Assembly: GCA_963769025.1 (NCBI GenBank) | Contig: CAVYKI010000009.1 | Location: 960,001 to 1,024,000, forward strand | From: an uncultured Verrucomicrobiae bacterium | Lineage (GTDB): Bacteria > Verrucomicrobiota > Verrucomicrobiia > Chthoniobacterales > Chthoniobacteraceae | Direction of reading: 5' to 3' | DNA: 64,000 bases | In this document: positions 28,684 to 39,543 of the stretch, piece by piece | Layout: each line of letters opens with the position of its first letter | Numbering within the stretch: position 1 is the first letter of the stretch | Notes under the pieces: model-generated | What the model was told of the DNA's origin: nothing | The model's input: the letters and a program-made list of their open reading frames with translations, nothing else | The model's database searches: none | Program-made: the position numbers and the translations under genes

Positions 28684-30567
28684 ATGAAACAGCCATTCTC
28701 TCACACGTCCGCCCTCGTCCTCGCCCTGGCCTTTTCCGCACACGCCGCGCCGCAAGTCACGCCGCTCTTCGACGCGAGCACGAAACTCGAACCCGCCACG
28801 CTGGAGGAAACATCCGACGCGCTCATCACGCGCCTCGGGGACCGCGCGCGCAGCCGTCATGCGCGCGAAGGGCAGTTTCACTCGTATGATCTCTACGCCA
28901 CATTCTATTGGGAGGAGCGCACCATCGGCATCGAGATTGTGGACCGCATCGCGAAAGGCGGAAAGGATGTGATCTTCACCTACGACACGCTCGCGGAGCT
29001 GAGCGCACCGGAGTTCCGCGCCTTCTTCCGCGGCATCAACACGGAGGCCGAATATCATCTCAACACGGCCGCGCCGCTCATTGCGCCGAATCGTCGCTCG
29101 GTGACGGTGAAGCACAACGTGATTGAGAAGCGCCCGCTGCAAGTCGGCGACCGCATCGAGGTGGAAATCAGCCAGTTCATGAAAGCGCCGAAGCACGGCC
29201 AGAAGAACTATTACGGCACCGCATTCCTCTACGTCGTCGGGCGCGGCGTCGTGCCGTGGGAGGGCAAGGGCGAGAAGCTCGACTCGTTTCCGCTGCCCGA
29301 GAAGGCGTGGCTCGGTGGGCTGACGACGTTGCCCTATCATTACTCGGGCGAGCCGGTGCATCGCTTCAAGCAGATGGCCGGCAATATCGCGCCGGTGAGC
29401 GCGCAGCCGTTCATGCTCGGGCGCCGACTGCATCACACGGACTTCGCGAGCGGCGCACATTCGGAGAAAGGGAATCCGGTTTTCGAAGAGCAGAAGGGCA
29501 AGCTCGGGCCGCGGTTCGTCGCGCAGAGTTGCATCGCTTGCCACGTCAACAACGGTCGCGCGCTGCCGCCGGAAATTGGCAAGCCGATGTATCGGACGGT
29601 CATCAAAGTCGGCGCGGATGCGAAAGGCACGCCGCATCCGAAACTCGGCAGCGCGTTGCAGCCGCAATCCAGCAACGGCAAACCCGAGGCCGGCGCGAGC
29701 ATCGCAAGCTGGCAGAACATCGACGGCAAGTACGCCGACGGCACGCCATTCTCGCTGCGCAAGCCGGTGTATGCGTTCACAGGCGAGACGCCTTCGCACT
29801 TCTCCATGCGACTCACGCCGCAGCTTGTGGGTCTCGGATTGCTGGAGGCGATTGACGAAGCGGACGTGCTCGCGCTCGCAGAGGCGAATCACAAGCGCGG
29901 CGACGGCGTGCGCGGACGCGCGCAAATCGTGAGCGACGAAGATGGCAGGCCGCGCCTCGGACGCTTCGGCTACAAGGCCGCGCAGCCGAGCGTACGGCAT
30001 CAGATCGCCAGTGCGTTCAACAGCGACATGGGCGTGACGACTTCGGCTTTTCACAAGCTCGACGATGGCACCGACCGCAAATCGGCACTCTCAGACGCCG
30101 ACCTCGCGAACCTCACGCGCTACGTCAGCACGCTCGGCGTCAGCGCGCGTCGCGACCTCGCCGACGCGGATGCACTGCGCGGTGAGCAGCTCTTTGCAAA
30201 AGCCAACTGCACCGCCTGCCACACACCGAGCTTCACCACGAGCAAGCATCACCCTTTTGCCGAACTGCGCGGACAAAAGATTCAGCCCTTCACCGACCTG
30301 CTGCTGCACGACATGGGCGCAGGCCTCGCCGACAGCCTCGGAGAACACGAAGCCACCGGAGCCGAGTGGCGCACGCCGCCGCTCTGGAGCATCGGCCTCA
30401 CGGCTGGCGTGAGCGGCGGCGAAGCGTATCTGCACGATGGCCGCGCGCGGACCCTCGAGGAAGCCATCCTCTGGCACGGCGGCGAAGGCGAGCGCTCAAA
30501 GGAATCCTTCCGCTCGATGCCCGCTGCCGACCGCGCCGCGCTGGTCAAGTTCCTCAGGTCACTCTGA
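28684..30567 (+). CDS. Di-heme oxidoreductase family (DUF1111) protein with N-terminal extension
   Basis: LGPRF..CIACH..NGR, GLGLLEAI, GRFGYKA, CTACH, PFTDLLLHDMG, EWRTPPLW, LHDGRARTLEEAILWHGGE. Confidence 0.9.
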   Translation: MKQPFSHTSALVLALAFSAHAAPQVTPLFDASTKLEPATLEETSDALITRLGDRARSRHAREGQFHSYDLYATFYWEERTIGIEIVDRIAKGGKDVIFTYDTLAELSAPEFRAFFRGINTEAEYHLNTAAPLIAPNRRSVTVKHNVIEKRPLQVGDRIEVEISQFMKAPKHGQKNYYGTAFLYVVGRGVVPWEGKGEKLDSFPLPEKAWLGGLTTLPYHYSGEPVHRFKQMAGNIAPVSAQPFMLGRRLHHTDFASGAHSEKGNPVFEEQKGKLGPRFVAQSCIACHVNNGRALPPEIGKPMYRTVIKVGADAKGTPHPKLGSALQPQSSNGKPEAGASIASWQNIDGKYADGTPFSLRKPVYAFTGETPSHFSMRLTPQLVGLGLLEAIDEADVLALAEANHKRGDGVRGRAQIVSDEDGRPRLGRFGYKAAQPSVRHQIASAFNSDMGVTTSAFHKLDDGTDRKSALSDADLANLTRYVSTLGVSARRDLADADALRGEQLFAKANCTACHTPSFTTSKHHPFAELRGQKIQPFTDLLLHDMGAGLADSLGEHEATGAEWRTPPLWSIGLTAGVSGGEAYLHDGRARTLEEAILWHGGEGERSKESFRSMPAADRAALVKFLRSL

Positions 30568-30679
30568 GCCGCAGTTCGAGTCCCATTCCAAGGGGGTACG
30601 CTCACCCGGAACCGTCCGGCAATACGCACGTTGTGCTTCCTACCGAGCACCGACAGGCCGCTTTCTTCGCTAGCTCTCG

Positions 30680-31900
30680 TCACTCGCGCCCTTGGAACTG
30701 CTCCTCCCTCGGGAGCGCGTTCACTTTCCAAGTGGCGGGATAAAAGCGGACGATGCGGCGCGGCCGGAAACCCTCCAGCAGCATGTCGCATTTCACCTGG
30801 ATCTGGACGCCGCTGCTGCCGGGCTCGGCGGGGATTTTTTTGATGTCGAGAATGTTGCCGCCTTTGCGGTCGTTCACGGGATCGTAGGTCATCAGGCTGT
30901 CGCGAGCGACGGCGATGGTGCCTTTCGGCGCTTCCGGATTGTCGGGCTCCTTCGAAAGCGGCCAGCCGATTTTGTCGCTGTTGGTGAGCCTGAGTTCGTC
31001 GAAGAGCTTCTCATCCACGCCGCCGAAGAAAGTGATCGTGACGATCTGCTGTTCGTCGTCCACGGCCTGCACCCAACCGGCGAGACCACGCTCGCGGATG
31101 TGATTACGGTGCCGCTCAAGCTGCTGGGCAGTGGCAAGTGCGCGGCTACGTTCATCTAGCCAGATGTCGGTGATGCGGCCGGGGCCGTAGAGGGTGACCC
31201 ATGTGAAATTGAAGAGGACGGTCTGCCCGGGTTGCAGCGCCTCAAGATCGGCAAAGCCCTCGCCGCGCATCACCCGGGTGCTGGTGAGCAGGTCGAAAAT
31301 CCTCGGCTGTCCGCTTGCCTGGCCTTTGTCGATCAGCGTGGCGGTGAGTTTTTTCTCCGCGAGGTTCACGGAGTCGATTTTCCAGAGGTGCTGCTGGCGC
31401 AAATGAAAGCTGAAGTCGTCCTCGATGCGGAAGCAGCGCCGGAAATCCGACTCGGGCGTCTTGCGCTTGTAGGCAGTATCCGGAAGCGGAGCGTTGTCGT
31501 TCGGATCCTTCAGGTAAAAAAGCCCGTGCAGATGCGTGCCAAGCGGGATGTCCTGCAGCGCTGCGGGCGCTCCGTGGTAATAGATGGATCCGTAGGGCAG
31601 CATCGTGGCATCGAGAGGCAAATCCCAGACGCCGCGTTCCTGGCTGTCGTTGCGATCCACCCGGATCTGGAAACGGCGCTCCAGGTGATCGACCTGCATC
31701 AGTTCACCTGAAATCGCATGCGCCGAGCCTTCCGGCGGGAACTCCCCCTCCACGGGCAGAAACCACTCGGGCACGGTGCTCTTCTCCTTCGGGTTCTTCT
31801 TTGCGGTGGCGGTCACGGGGCCGTCGGCATCCGTGCGGAATTTCGGCGGCTCGGCGTGGAGAATGGCGACGGCGAGGAGGAGTGCGATGAGCGGGCGCAT
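30680..31900 (-). CDS. Conserved hypothetical exported protein
   Basis: Signal peptide MRPLIALLLAVAILHA, about 406 aa open frame, follows the DUF1552 gene on the same strand. Confidence 0.75.
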   Translation of the reverse strand: MRPLIALLLAVAILHAEPPKFRTDADGPVTATAKKNPKEKSTVPEWFLPVEGEFPPEGSAHAISGELMQVDHLERRFQIRVDRNDSQERGVWDLPLDATMLPYGSIYYHGAPAALQDIPLGTHLHGLFYLKDPNDNAPLPDTAYKRKTPESDFRRCFRIEDDFSFHLRQQHLWKIDSVNLAEKKLTATLIDKGQASGQPRIFDLLTSTRVMRGEGFADLEALQPGQTVLFNFTWVTLYGPGRITDIWLDERSRALATAQQLERHRNHIRERGLAGWVQAVDDEQQIVTITFFGGVDEKLFDELRLTNSDKIGWPLSKEPDNPEAPKGTIAVARDSLMTYDPVNDRKGGNILDIKKIPAEPGSSGVQIQVKCDMLLEGFRPRRIVRFYPATWKVNALPREEQFQGRE

Positions 31901-32019
31901 GAAGATGGATGGTAAGAATCGGGCGCTGAGCGATACGACAGAAGGAACAGCGCAGACAGATCCGGCGAACTTTTCCACCATCGTATCGCTGTCTGCAGCT
32001 TCCGTTCTTCTCGCGCAGG

Positions 32020-33383
32020 TCAGGCGACGATCTGCGAGATCGGCGCGACGCTGTCCTGGAACTTGTCCACCTTCACATCCACGCGCTGGAGCATCGTGAG
32101 GAGCAGGTTGCTGACGCGCGCGTTGTCGTCCACGGGCTTCGAGCAGATGCGGTAATGCGTGATCGCGTCGGCGACGTCGTATTTGCCGATCTTCGGGAGG
32201 TTGAAATCGACGTGCGTGCCGTGCTTGTAGCCGAGCGCTTTTCCGCCGGCGAGGATGGTGGGCAGGTTGGCATTGCCGTGGCTGTGGCCGTAGGCCATGC
32301 CGCTGCCCCAGAGCACCTGCGTGGTGTCGAGCAGCGTGCCGTTTTCCTCGCGGTGCGACTTGAGCTGGTCGAGGAAGTAGCTGAGCTGATCGATGAGGAA
32401 GGTGTCCGTCTGCGTGAGGCGGCGGAGCTGCTCGGGGTCGCCATTGTGGTGCGACAGGCCGTGGCGCGTCTGCAAAATGCCGATCTCGGGGATGCCGCTC
32501 GCTGTTGCCTTCGCTGCCGATGCCGCAGGTGATGACGCGCGTGGAATCCGTGCGCAGCGCCATGACCATGAGGTCATAGAAGAGCCGGTAATATTCGCCG
32601 GCCTCGGCCATGCTCGAGCTTGCGCTGGAGGCGCGCGGCCTCGTCGGCGGGCACGAGCGGCTTGGGGACGTTCAGCCATTCATCGGCGCGGCGCGTGCGT
32701 TCCTCCACCTGGCGGACGGCGGTGAAGTATTCGTCGAGCTTCGTGCGATCCTCGCTGCCGAGTTTTTTGTTCACGCGCTTCGCGTCATCGGCCACGAGAT
32801 CGAGGATGCTGCCGCGGCGGCTGAGGCGGCGGCGGATGGTCTCCTTGCTGTCCTTTTCCACGCCGAAGAGCATGTTGAAAATCTGCTGCGTGTTCCGCTC
32901 GGCAGGAATCTGGATGCCGTCCTTCGACCACGCGAGCGAAGTGCCCTCGATGGCCATTTCCAGCGAGGAAAAACGCGTCGCCGCGCCCTGCGCATCCGCG
33001 ATGAGCTGGTCGGCCGAGACCGTGTTGCGGAATGCGCCGCCGTCGCCGGGGACGTTCGCGCCGGTGAGCCAGACCTTTTCGCAGTTGTGATGCTTGCCGA
33101 TCACCATCGGGTGATGCAGTCCGCTGATGGGCGTGATGTCGGCGCGGTGCTTTTCGAGCGACTTCAGCGGCGCGGTGAATTCGTAGTCCGCGCCCGCCTT
33201 TTCGATCTGCCACGTGAGCGTGTTCACGCCGTTCGGAATGTAGAGAAAGACGCTGCGCTTCGGCTTCGATGGCACCGGCAGCACGGCCATGCAGTCGAGG
33301 AGCGGCAGGGCGATGGTGGCTCCGAGGCCGCGCAGCATCTGGCGGCGGCTCATGCGCCAGCGGTTGAGATTGAGGTTGCTCAT
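32020..33383 (-). CDS. DUF1552 (HXXSHH) protein, Tat-like leader (frameshifts near 32612 and 32498)
   Basis: [64 protein letters not shown]. Confidence 0.88.
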
Positions 33384-33413
33384 GGGGTGCTCCTGGTTGG
33401 TGCTGCGGTTGGG

Positions 33414-35866
33414 TTAGCGCTTTTGGAAGAGGTCTGAAAGGACGAATGCTTCGACGATGTCGCGCAGGCGGTAGTCCTTCGCCTTGCCCGCGGCGGCGAT
33501 GGCCTTCAGCTCGTCGCGGTCGCTGAAGGACATGCTGCGGCGCAGGCCGTAGGTCGCGAGCTTCTCGACGAAGGTGTGATTGAACGCGTCGATGTCGGCG
33601 AGGAGCAGCTTCTTGAATTCGTCGGCGTCGCTGTAGTTCGCGGCCGTCGGGGAGTTTGCCGGCAGGATCGACCTTCGGATTCGCACCGGTGCCGTCGGTG
33701 ACCTCCTCGGTGCGCCAGCGGCCGATGGCGTCGTAATTTTCAAACGCGAGCCCAAGCGGATCGATCTTGCGTGACAGGCGGCGCAGGTCGGATCGTGGAT
33801 GTGCGCGTCGAGCTTCATGCGCAGCGTGGCCTTCGGCGCATCGAGCGCGATTCGTCGCGATGGGCTCGACATTCGCCGGCGGCGGCGGCGGCGATTTGCC
33901 GAAGATGGCCTCGGAGACCCACACGCCGCGATGCACCGGCCGGTGCCGCGTGCCGTCGGACGTGAGCGAAAGGATCGACGCCTGCGTGAGCGAGTCCGCC
34001 GCGTTTGCTGTCGGCCGGCAGCGACGACGCGCTGGAAGCCGTCGCGCGGCAGCCCCGCATCCGGCAAGGCCGTAAAACTTCGCGAGCCGCGCGTTCACCA
34101 TGCTCCAGTCCGAGTGCAGGAATTCGCGCAGCGTGAGGCCGCCTTGCAGCACTTCGCGGAAGAACGCCTTCGTCTCGCCGACCATGCTCGCCTCGAGCGT
34201 CTTGTCGTAGTCGGGATAGAGCTTCTTGTCCGGCTGGAACATGCCGACCTTCCGCAGCCGCAGCCACTGGGTGGCAAAGGAGTCCGTGAAGCGCGTGGCG
34301 CGTTCGTCCGCGAGCATCCGCGCGACCTGCCGCGAGAGCTCGGCCTTGTCCCGCAGCTTCCCTTTTTCCGCGAGCGAGAACAGTTCCTCGTCCGGCATCG
34401 TGCTCCACAGCAGATACGAAAGGCGCGAGGCGATCTCCCAGTCGTTGAGTGTGTCGCGGTTCGCGTTCTCGTCGCCTTCGGCGATGAAAAGGAAACTCTT
34501 CGAGCAAAGGATCGCCAGCATCCCAGCCTTCACCGCGTCGCGGAATTTCTCCTTCGCGGCGAGCTCCGCCTTCACGATGCCGACATAGCCGTCCAGTTCC
34601 TCATCCGTGACCGGCCGGCGGAATGCACGGCGCGCGAGCGTGCGCGAGGCAGTCGCGCACCTGCTCCATGTTCCCCTCCTCGCGCGGGAAATACGTCGGC
34701 GCGGCGGCTTTGCTCCTCGTCGGTGATGATCGGCCCGCGCCAGGAGACCGAATCCATGATGAGGAACGGATACCGCGCGCGACCCTGCTCGTCGGTGAGC
34801 TTCATCTGCCAGGGGATGCGCCCGTCCTTGATGCTGATGAACGGCTTGTCTCCATGGCGGCCGGAGCGCGGAAGTATTCGACGGCCCCGGCACCTCGTTA
34901 TACACCTCGATGTTCGGCCGGCCCTTCGGCAGATGCGCGCGGAAAGTGACCGTGATCGGCTGCGTCCTCGGGCGCGATGATGTCCTGCTCGAAGAGCACG
35001 CGATCCAGCTTCGCCTCATACACCTTGAGCCGCGGCGCCCGGCCATTTTCCGGCTTCAGCCCGCTGAGCGTGTAGCTGATCTCGTAGATGCCCGCCTCCG
35101 GCAGCGGGTCCTGCAGATTCGAGTAGCGGAACATGTCCCCCGGCCACATCTCGTAACGCACCTTGTCCAGCAGCCCGAGTTCGCGCAGGCGCTCACGATG
35201 CCGCTCGTTCACCTGGTTTTCCAAAATCGCTCGCTTCGTGCCGCCGAACGGAGGGACGGGCTTCGCCTTTTTGTCCGGCGGATCGGGATACGCCTCTGCG
35301 AGGATCACCTCCGCCGCGCCGAGATACTTTTCGATGTTCGACGGCGAGAGCGTGAGCACCGAGCCGATGCGCTCGAAGCCGTGCCACTCCGGGTCCTCGA
35401 GAAAGGCGCCGGGATCCTTCGCGTCGTAATGAACGCCGATGAGGTCGCTCACCGTGTTCACATATTCATCCCGCGTGAGGCGGTTGTAGGACACACGCCC
35501 GCGCGATGCCATGCGCGCCGACTCGCCTTCCTTCATCCGCGCCGCCAGCCATGCCACCACCTTCGCGCTCTCCTCCGCCGTGGGCTTCACCTTTTCCTTT
35601 TTCGGCGGCATCTCGCCGGAGTTGATGCGCTCCATGATCTCCAGCCACTGCGGCGTATTCTCAAAGCCGACCTTCGGGGAGAGCGTGTCCATCCGGAACT
35701 CGCCCTTTTGCTTCTCCGCGCCGTGGCAGTTCAGGCAGTGCTTTTCAAAGTAAGCCTGCACCGTCGGGTCCAACCCTCCCGGCACCGCCGCGCCTAAATG
35801 GCCAGCCGCGGCGAGCAGCAACGAGACAACAGATAATGTGAGAGCGGGATGACCGGACTTGAGCAT
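33414..35866 (-). CDS. DUF1592/1588/1585/1587/1595 (PSD/PSCyt) cytochrome c protein, with about 10 frameshifts between 33630 and 34970 (sequencing error or pseudogene)
   Basis: CLNCH, EMPP, RLTRDEYVNTV.DL, RRAFRRPV, EIASRLSYLLWSTMPD, PVHRGVWV, PPPPANV, CAACH, KIDPLG.AFENYDAIGRWR. Confidence 0.85.
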
Positions 35867-35978
35867 GGGACAGGTGACAGAATACCCAGACCGCCTTCCC
35901 CTTAGCCAGAATGCTCGGCAGCGACAAACGCACTGGCGGGCCAATTGACTTGGACGCTCGCCCTGCCACGCTCGGCAC

Positions 35979-36761
35979 GTGATGAATCCCCCTGCCCGTC
36001 TCCTCGTCGCGCTGCTTGCCTTTGCCGCCAGCGTCAGTCTTTTCGCCGCCGACCCGGGAACCGCGCCCACTCCCACGCACTCCACTCCGCCCGACGGATT
36101 CGTGTCGCTATTCAACGGCAAGGACCTGGATGGATGGACCGTCCGCCAGCCCGACAATGGCGCATGGAGCGTCGTGGACGGCGTCATCGATTGCGACCCC
36201 AAGGGCGACGCGAAGGGCGACCAAAACCTGTGGACCACGAAGGACTTCGGCGACTTCGATCTGTGGGTGGATTGGCGGATCAAGGAGAGCCCGTTTTTCA
36301 ACCGCAAGGCGCGCATCATTCTTCCCGATGGCACCTACAAAAAGGACGTTTCCGGCAACGTCCTCGCCGTCACCGCGCCGAACACCGACTCGGGAGTCTT
36401 CCTCCGCGGGCAGCACAAATCGCAGGTGAACATCTGGTGCTGGCCTGTCGGCTCGGGCGAGGTGTGGGGTTACCGGACAGACCCGGCCCTTTCCGCAAAG
36501 GTCCGCGCCGGGGTGACTCCGAAGGTGAATGCGGATCGGCCAGTCGGCGAATGGAACACGTTCCATATCGTGATGCAGGGCGACCGCCTCACGGTGACGC
36601 TCAACGACAAACTGGTGATCGACGATGCCGAGTTGCCCGGAGTTCCGCGCAAGGGCCCGCTGGCCCTGCAACTCCACTCCGAACGGAAGGACGGCGAATG
36701 GGGCGCGTCGCTGGTGCAATTTCGGAACATCCGGATCAAGGAGCTGACGGGCGTGAAATAG
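35979..36761 (+). CDS. DUF1080 (3-keto-disaccharide hydrolase-like) exported protein
   Basis: FVSLFNGKDLDGW, DSGVFLR, GEWNTF, LALQLH, FRNIRIKEL. Confidence 0.9.
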   Translation: MMNPPARLLVALLAFAASVSLFAADPGTAPTPTHSTPPDGFVSLFNGKDLDGWTVRQPDNGAWSVVDGVIDCDPKGDAKGDQNLWTTKDFGDFDLWVDWRIKESPFFNRKARIILPDGTYKKDVSGNVLAVTAPNTDSGVFLRGQHKSQVNIWCWPVGSGEVWGYRTDPALSAKVRAGVTPKVNADRPVGEWNTFHIVMQGDRLTVTLNDKLVIDDAELPGVPRKGPLALQLHSERKDGEWGASLVQFRNIRIKELTGVK

Positions 36762-36837
36762 CAGTGCGCAGTAACGGCGCGCTTCGTCCCCTCGCCGGCG
36801 AAGCAATTTCGGCCGGAGGCGCTGCGTTGATTGAACG

Positions 36838-37311
36838 TCAAACGGCGTTCTCGGATCGGCTGAAAAGCTCGCGCACCGCCTGCTCGCGGAATGCAAAAAT
36901 CTTAGCGAGCTGCGGCTTGACCAGGAAGGGATGCGCGAAATTGCCGAGCGGGCCGAAAGGCAGCACGTACGTCACCCGGTCGGTGATTTCGACGCGGCCG
37001 CCCGCGAGTTCCTTGAAGTGGTGCTCGTGGTGCCAGATGCGGTAAGGACCGATGCGCTGCTCATCGACGAAGAACTGTCGCGGCTCGACATGCGTGATTT
37101 CCGTCACCCAACGGGCGGGGATGCCAAGCAGCGGGCGCACCCGGTACTCGATCATCATGCCCGGATAGATGCGCTCCGGGAGCGAGGTGAGGATCTTGAA
37201 GTCCAACTCGGGCGGAGTGATTTTTTCGAGATTGCGTGGATCGGAAAAGAAATCCCATGCGCGTTCGAGGCTGGCTTCGATGATTTGGGAGGCTTCGAGG
37301 ACGTGAACCAT
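36838..37311 (-). CDS. SRPBCC family ligand-binding protein
   Basis: WDFFSDPRNL.KITPP, WVTEITHV, FVDEQR.GPY..WHHEH, IFAFR. Confidence 0.88.
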   Translation of the reverse strand: MVHVLEASQIIEASLERAWDFFSDPRNLEKITPPELDFKILTSLPERIYPGMMIEYRVRPLLGIPARWVTEITHVEPRQFFVDEQRIGPYRIWHHEHHFKELAGGRVEITDRVTYVLPFGPLGNFAHPFLVKPQLAKIFAFREQAVRELFSRSENAV

Positions 37312-37350
37312 GACGAGGAAAGGATGACGCGAAGGGCCCGGATGAGTCGT

Positions 37351-38412
37351 TCAGGCGTCCGAACGCGCCGGTGGCGCCGGTTTGGATGGTCCCGCATGAC
37401 TGGCGAGCAATTGTTCGATCTGCGTATTCAGCGCGGGCGCGCCGTCGAGTTCATTCCTAAACTTCGACGGAATCCCATCGGTTCCGGCTGCGGCCCCGAG
37501 CAGCGCGCCTACGACCGCGCCACGGTGGCAGTTGTCGCCGCCGACGTTGGTGTTCGCGATGACTCCCGCCTCGAAATCATCGGCGTACTTCCACGCGAGG
37601 TAGAGCGAGGCTGGGAATGCATCGGCGATGTAGCACGCGGGGCTGACACATTGACCGATGACGACCTCGTCCGGCTCGTGCGACCACTGCGCCGCGGTGC
37701 GTGCCGGGAACCAGTCGCTGCCATGCGCGACGATCGCTTCACGCAATCCGGAGCCGGAGACGACGGCTCCGACGATCCGCACCATCGCGTCCGCCGCGGC
37801 GAGCACCTCCGGTACGCGGTGCGTTAGCGCGACGTGTTCGCGCACGGCATCCCGGCTGGCGGCGAGGTCGCCGCCGAAGAAGGCGCAGAGCACACCGACA
37901 TGCGCGAGGCCGCCAATGTGGATGTCGCTGCCTGCGCATTTGCGGGGAGGGGTGCCACGGGCGTACGCGGTGAAGAATTTCCGATGGCACTCCTCGACGT
38001 AGGTATCCCGGTGCCGGCCAGGGCTGAGCATGAAGTCAATATACCGATCGAGATAATCGTCGGCGTCGTAACCACCGCGCGCGATAAGCGATCCGATGAG
38101 CACTTTCGCGAGCTGGAGGTTGAGGGTGTTTTCGCCGGCGCGGAGGAACTGGTGGTAGTGGATGCCACGCCGTCCCCAATATTGCGCCTGCTCGTGCAGG
38201 ATGTCGCCGCGCGCATTGAGCGGCGTGTATTCGGAACGCCAGAGGATGCTGTCGGGATGGGGATTTCGCGGCGCAACGTAGTCGCGCACGAGGCCGTAGT
38301 CGCGACGCAGCGCGGCGCGGTCGTAATACCAGTGAACGGGCATCGCGAGCGCGTCGCCGATAAATGGTCCCCAGGCGAGACCTTGGAGCTTATCGTGAAT
38401 GGAAGCGGTCAT
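37351..38412 (-). CDS. ADP-ribosylglycohydrolase family protein
   Basis: GDALAMPVHWYY, ALTH, NTNVGGDNCHRGAVVGALLGA. Confidence 0.87.
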   Translation of the reverse strand: MTASIHDKLQGLAWGPFIGDALAMPVHWYYDRAALRRDYGLVRDYVAPRNPHPDSILWRSEYTPLNARGDILHEQAQYWGRRGIHYHQFLRAGENTLNLQLAKVLIGSLIARGGYDADDYLDRYIDFMLSPGRHRDTYVEECHRKFFTAYARGTPPRKCAGSDIHIGGLAHVGVLCAFFGGDLAASRDAVREHVALTHRVPEVLAAADAMVRIVGAVVSGSGLREAIVAHGSDWFPARTAAQWSHEPDEVVIGQCVSPACYIADAFPASLYLAWKYADDFEAGVIANTNVGGDNCHRGAVVGALLGAAAGTDGIPSKFRNELDGAPALNTQIEQLLASHAGPSKPAPPARSDA

Positions 38413-38436
38413 TGGTCGGTCGCGTGCTGAAGTTTT

Positions 38437-39294
38437 TCATGGGGACGCTGCGAAATCAGCCGGAAGGCCGGCCGGTTCCCAAGCATCAAGTTCCTTTTCC
38501 ACATCGGCGAGTTTCCTGCGCGCTTTTTCGTTCGCGTATTTTCCGAGCACGAGTCGCAGCGGCGGGGAATCGGATTCGACGGCGGCCATGATCGCTTCCG
38601 CTGCCTTCCCCGGAACCCCCGGCTGCCTGCCTTCCATCGTTTCGAGGAAGCGCAGGAATTTTCCGCTCGTGCGATCGTAATCGGCGATGTGGCTGCCCGC
38701 GCGCTCGAGCGAACGCGCGATGAAGCCGGTGCGAAACGGCCCCGGCTGCACGATCGTCACTTTGATCCCAAGCGGCTTGAGTTCCGCGGCGAGTGATTCC
38801 GACACCCCTTCGAGCGCACACTTGGTCGCGCCGTAGATCGAAAAACCTGGATAGTTCGCAATGGCCGCCGCGGCGGAGATGTTCACGATGTGGCCGCTGC
38901 GCTGCGCACGCAGGATCGGAAGCGCCGCCCGGACGACCTCCAGCGCGCCGAAGAAGTTCGTGTTGAAACTGCGCGCGATCTGCTCCCCGCCGAGTTCCTC
39001 GAATGCGCCCACGAGCCCGTAGCCCGCGTTGTTCACGATCACATTGAGCCGGCCAAATGCCTCCGCACTCCGTGCGACCACATCCCTCACTTGAGCGGCG
39101 TCAGTGACATCGAGGGCAAGCACCCGGCAAGTCTCGGGATGACGCGCGGCAAGTTCGTCGAGGGTGGCCGGTTCACGCGCCGTCGCGACCACTCTGTGCC
39201 CGCGTGCGAGTACGTGCGCAGCGAGCGAGAGTCCGAGCCCGCTGGAGCAGCCGGTGATCAGCCAGACTAGGGAGGGTGTTGTTGAATCGGGCAT
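38437..39294 (-). CDS. SDR family oxidoreductase
   Basis: WLITGCSSGLG, VNNAGYG, YGATK, PGPFRT. Confidence 0.9.
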   Translation of the reverse strand: MPDSTTPSLVWLITGCSSGLGLSLAAHVLARGHRVVATAREPATLDELAARHPETCRVLALDVTDAAQVRDVVARSAEAFGRLNVIVNNAGYGLVGAFEELGGEQIARSFNTNFFGALEVVRAALPILRAQRSGHIVNISAAAAIANYPGFSIYGATKCALEGVSESLAAELKPLGIKVTIVQPGPFRTGFIARSLERAGSHIADYDRTSGKFLRFLETMEGRQPGVPGKAAEAIMAAVESDSPPLRLVLGKYANEKARRKLADVEKELDAWEPAGLPADFAASP

Positions 39295-39543
39295 GTTGCC
39301 TCGAACCTTACGCCCGGCCTTGCCGGATGGACGTGACAAAGCGCGAGCGTTCATCTGCGCATGCGGCCTCAACGGACTTCGTGCCGCCGCAAACCCACGG
39401 GATTGCGGACCCCTTCGGCGGACGCCACGGTTCGCGCGAGCATCGCGTAGCGCCGGGAAGAAGCACCGCCCCCCCGGGCGGTGGACGGCATTATTCGCGA
39501 TTTTGGCCTGCCACTTGAGCCCGAGGTTTCATACGCTTCTCCG

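Noticed and set aside
30572..30600. GTTCGAGTCCC resembling a tRNA T-arm or att site
   Set aside because: No pairing T-stem or cloverleaf, and it does not match the tRNA-Pro 3' end.
25306..36761. Integrative element at tRNA-Pro
   Set aside because: No integrase or transposase, and no duplicated tRNA 3' end was found in the window.
37351..38412. ADP-ribosylation toxin-antitoxin or anti-phage system
   Set aside because: No ADP-ribosyltransferase, macrodomain or other defence gene is recognisable nearby.
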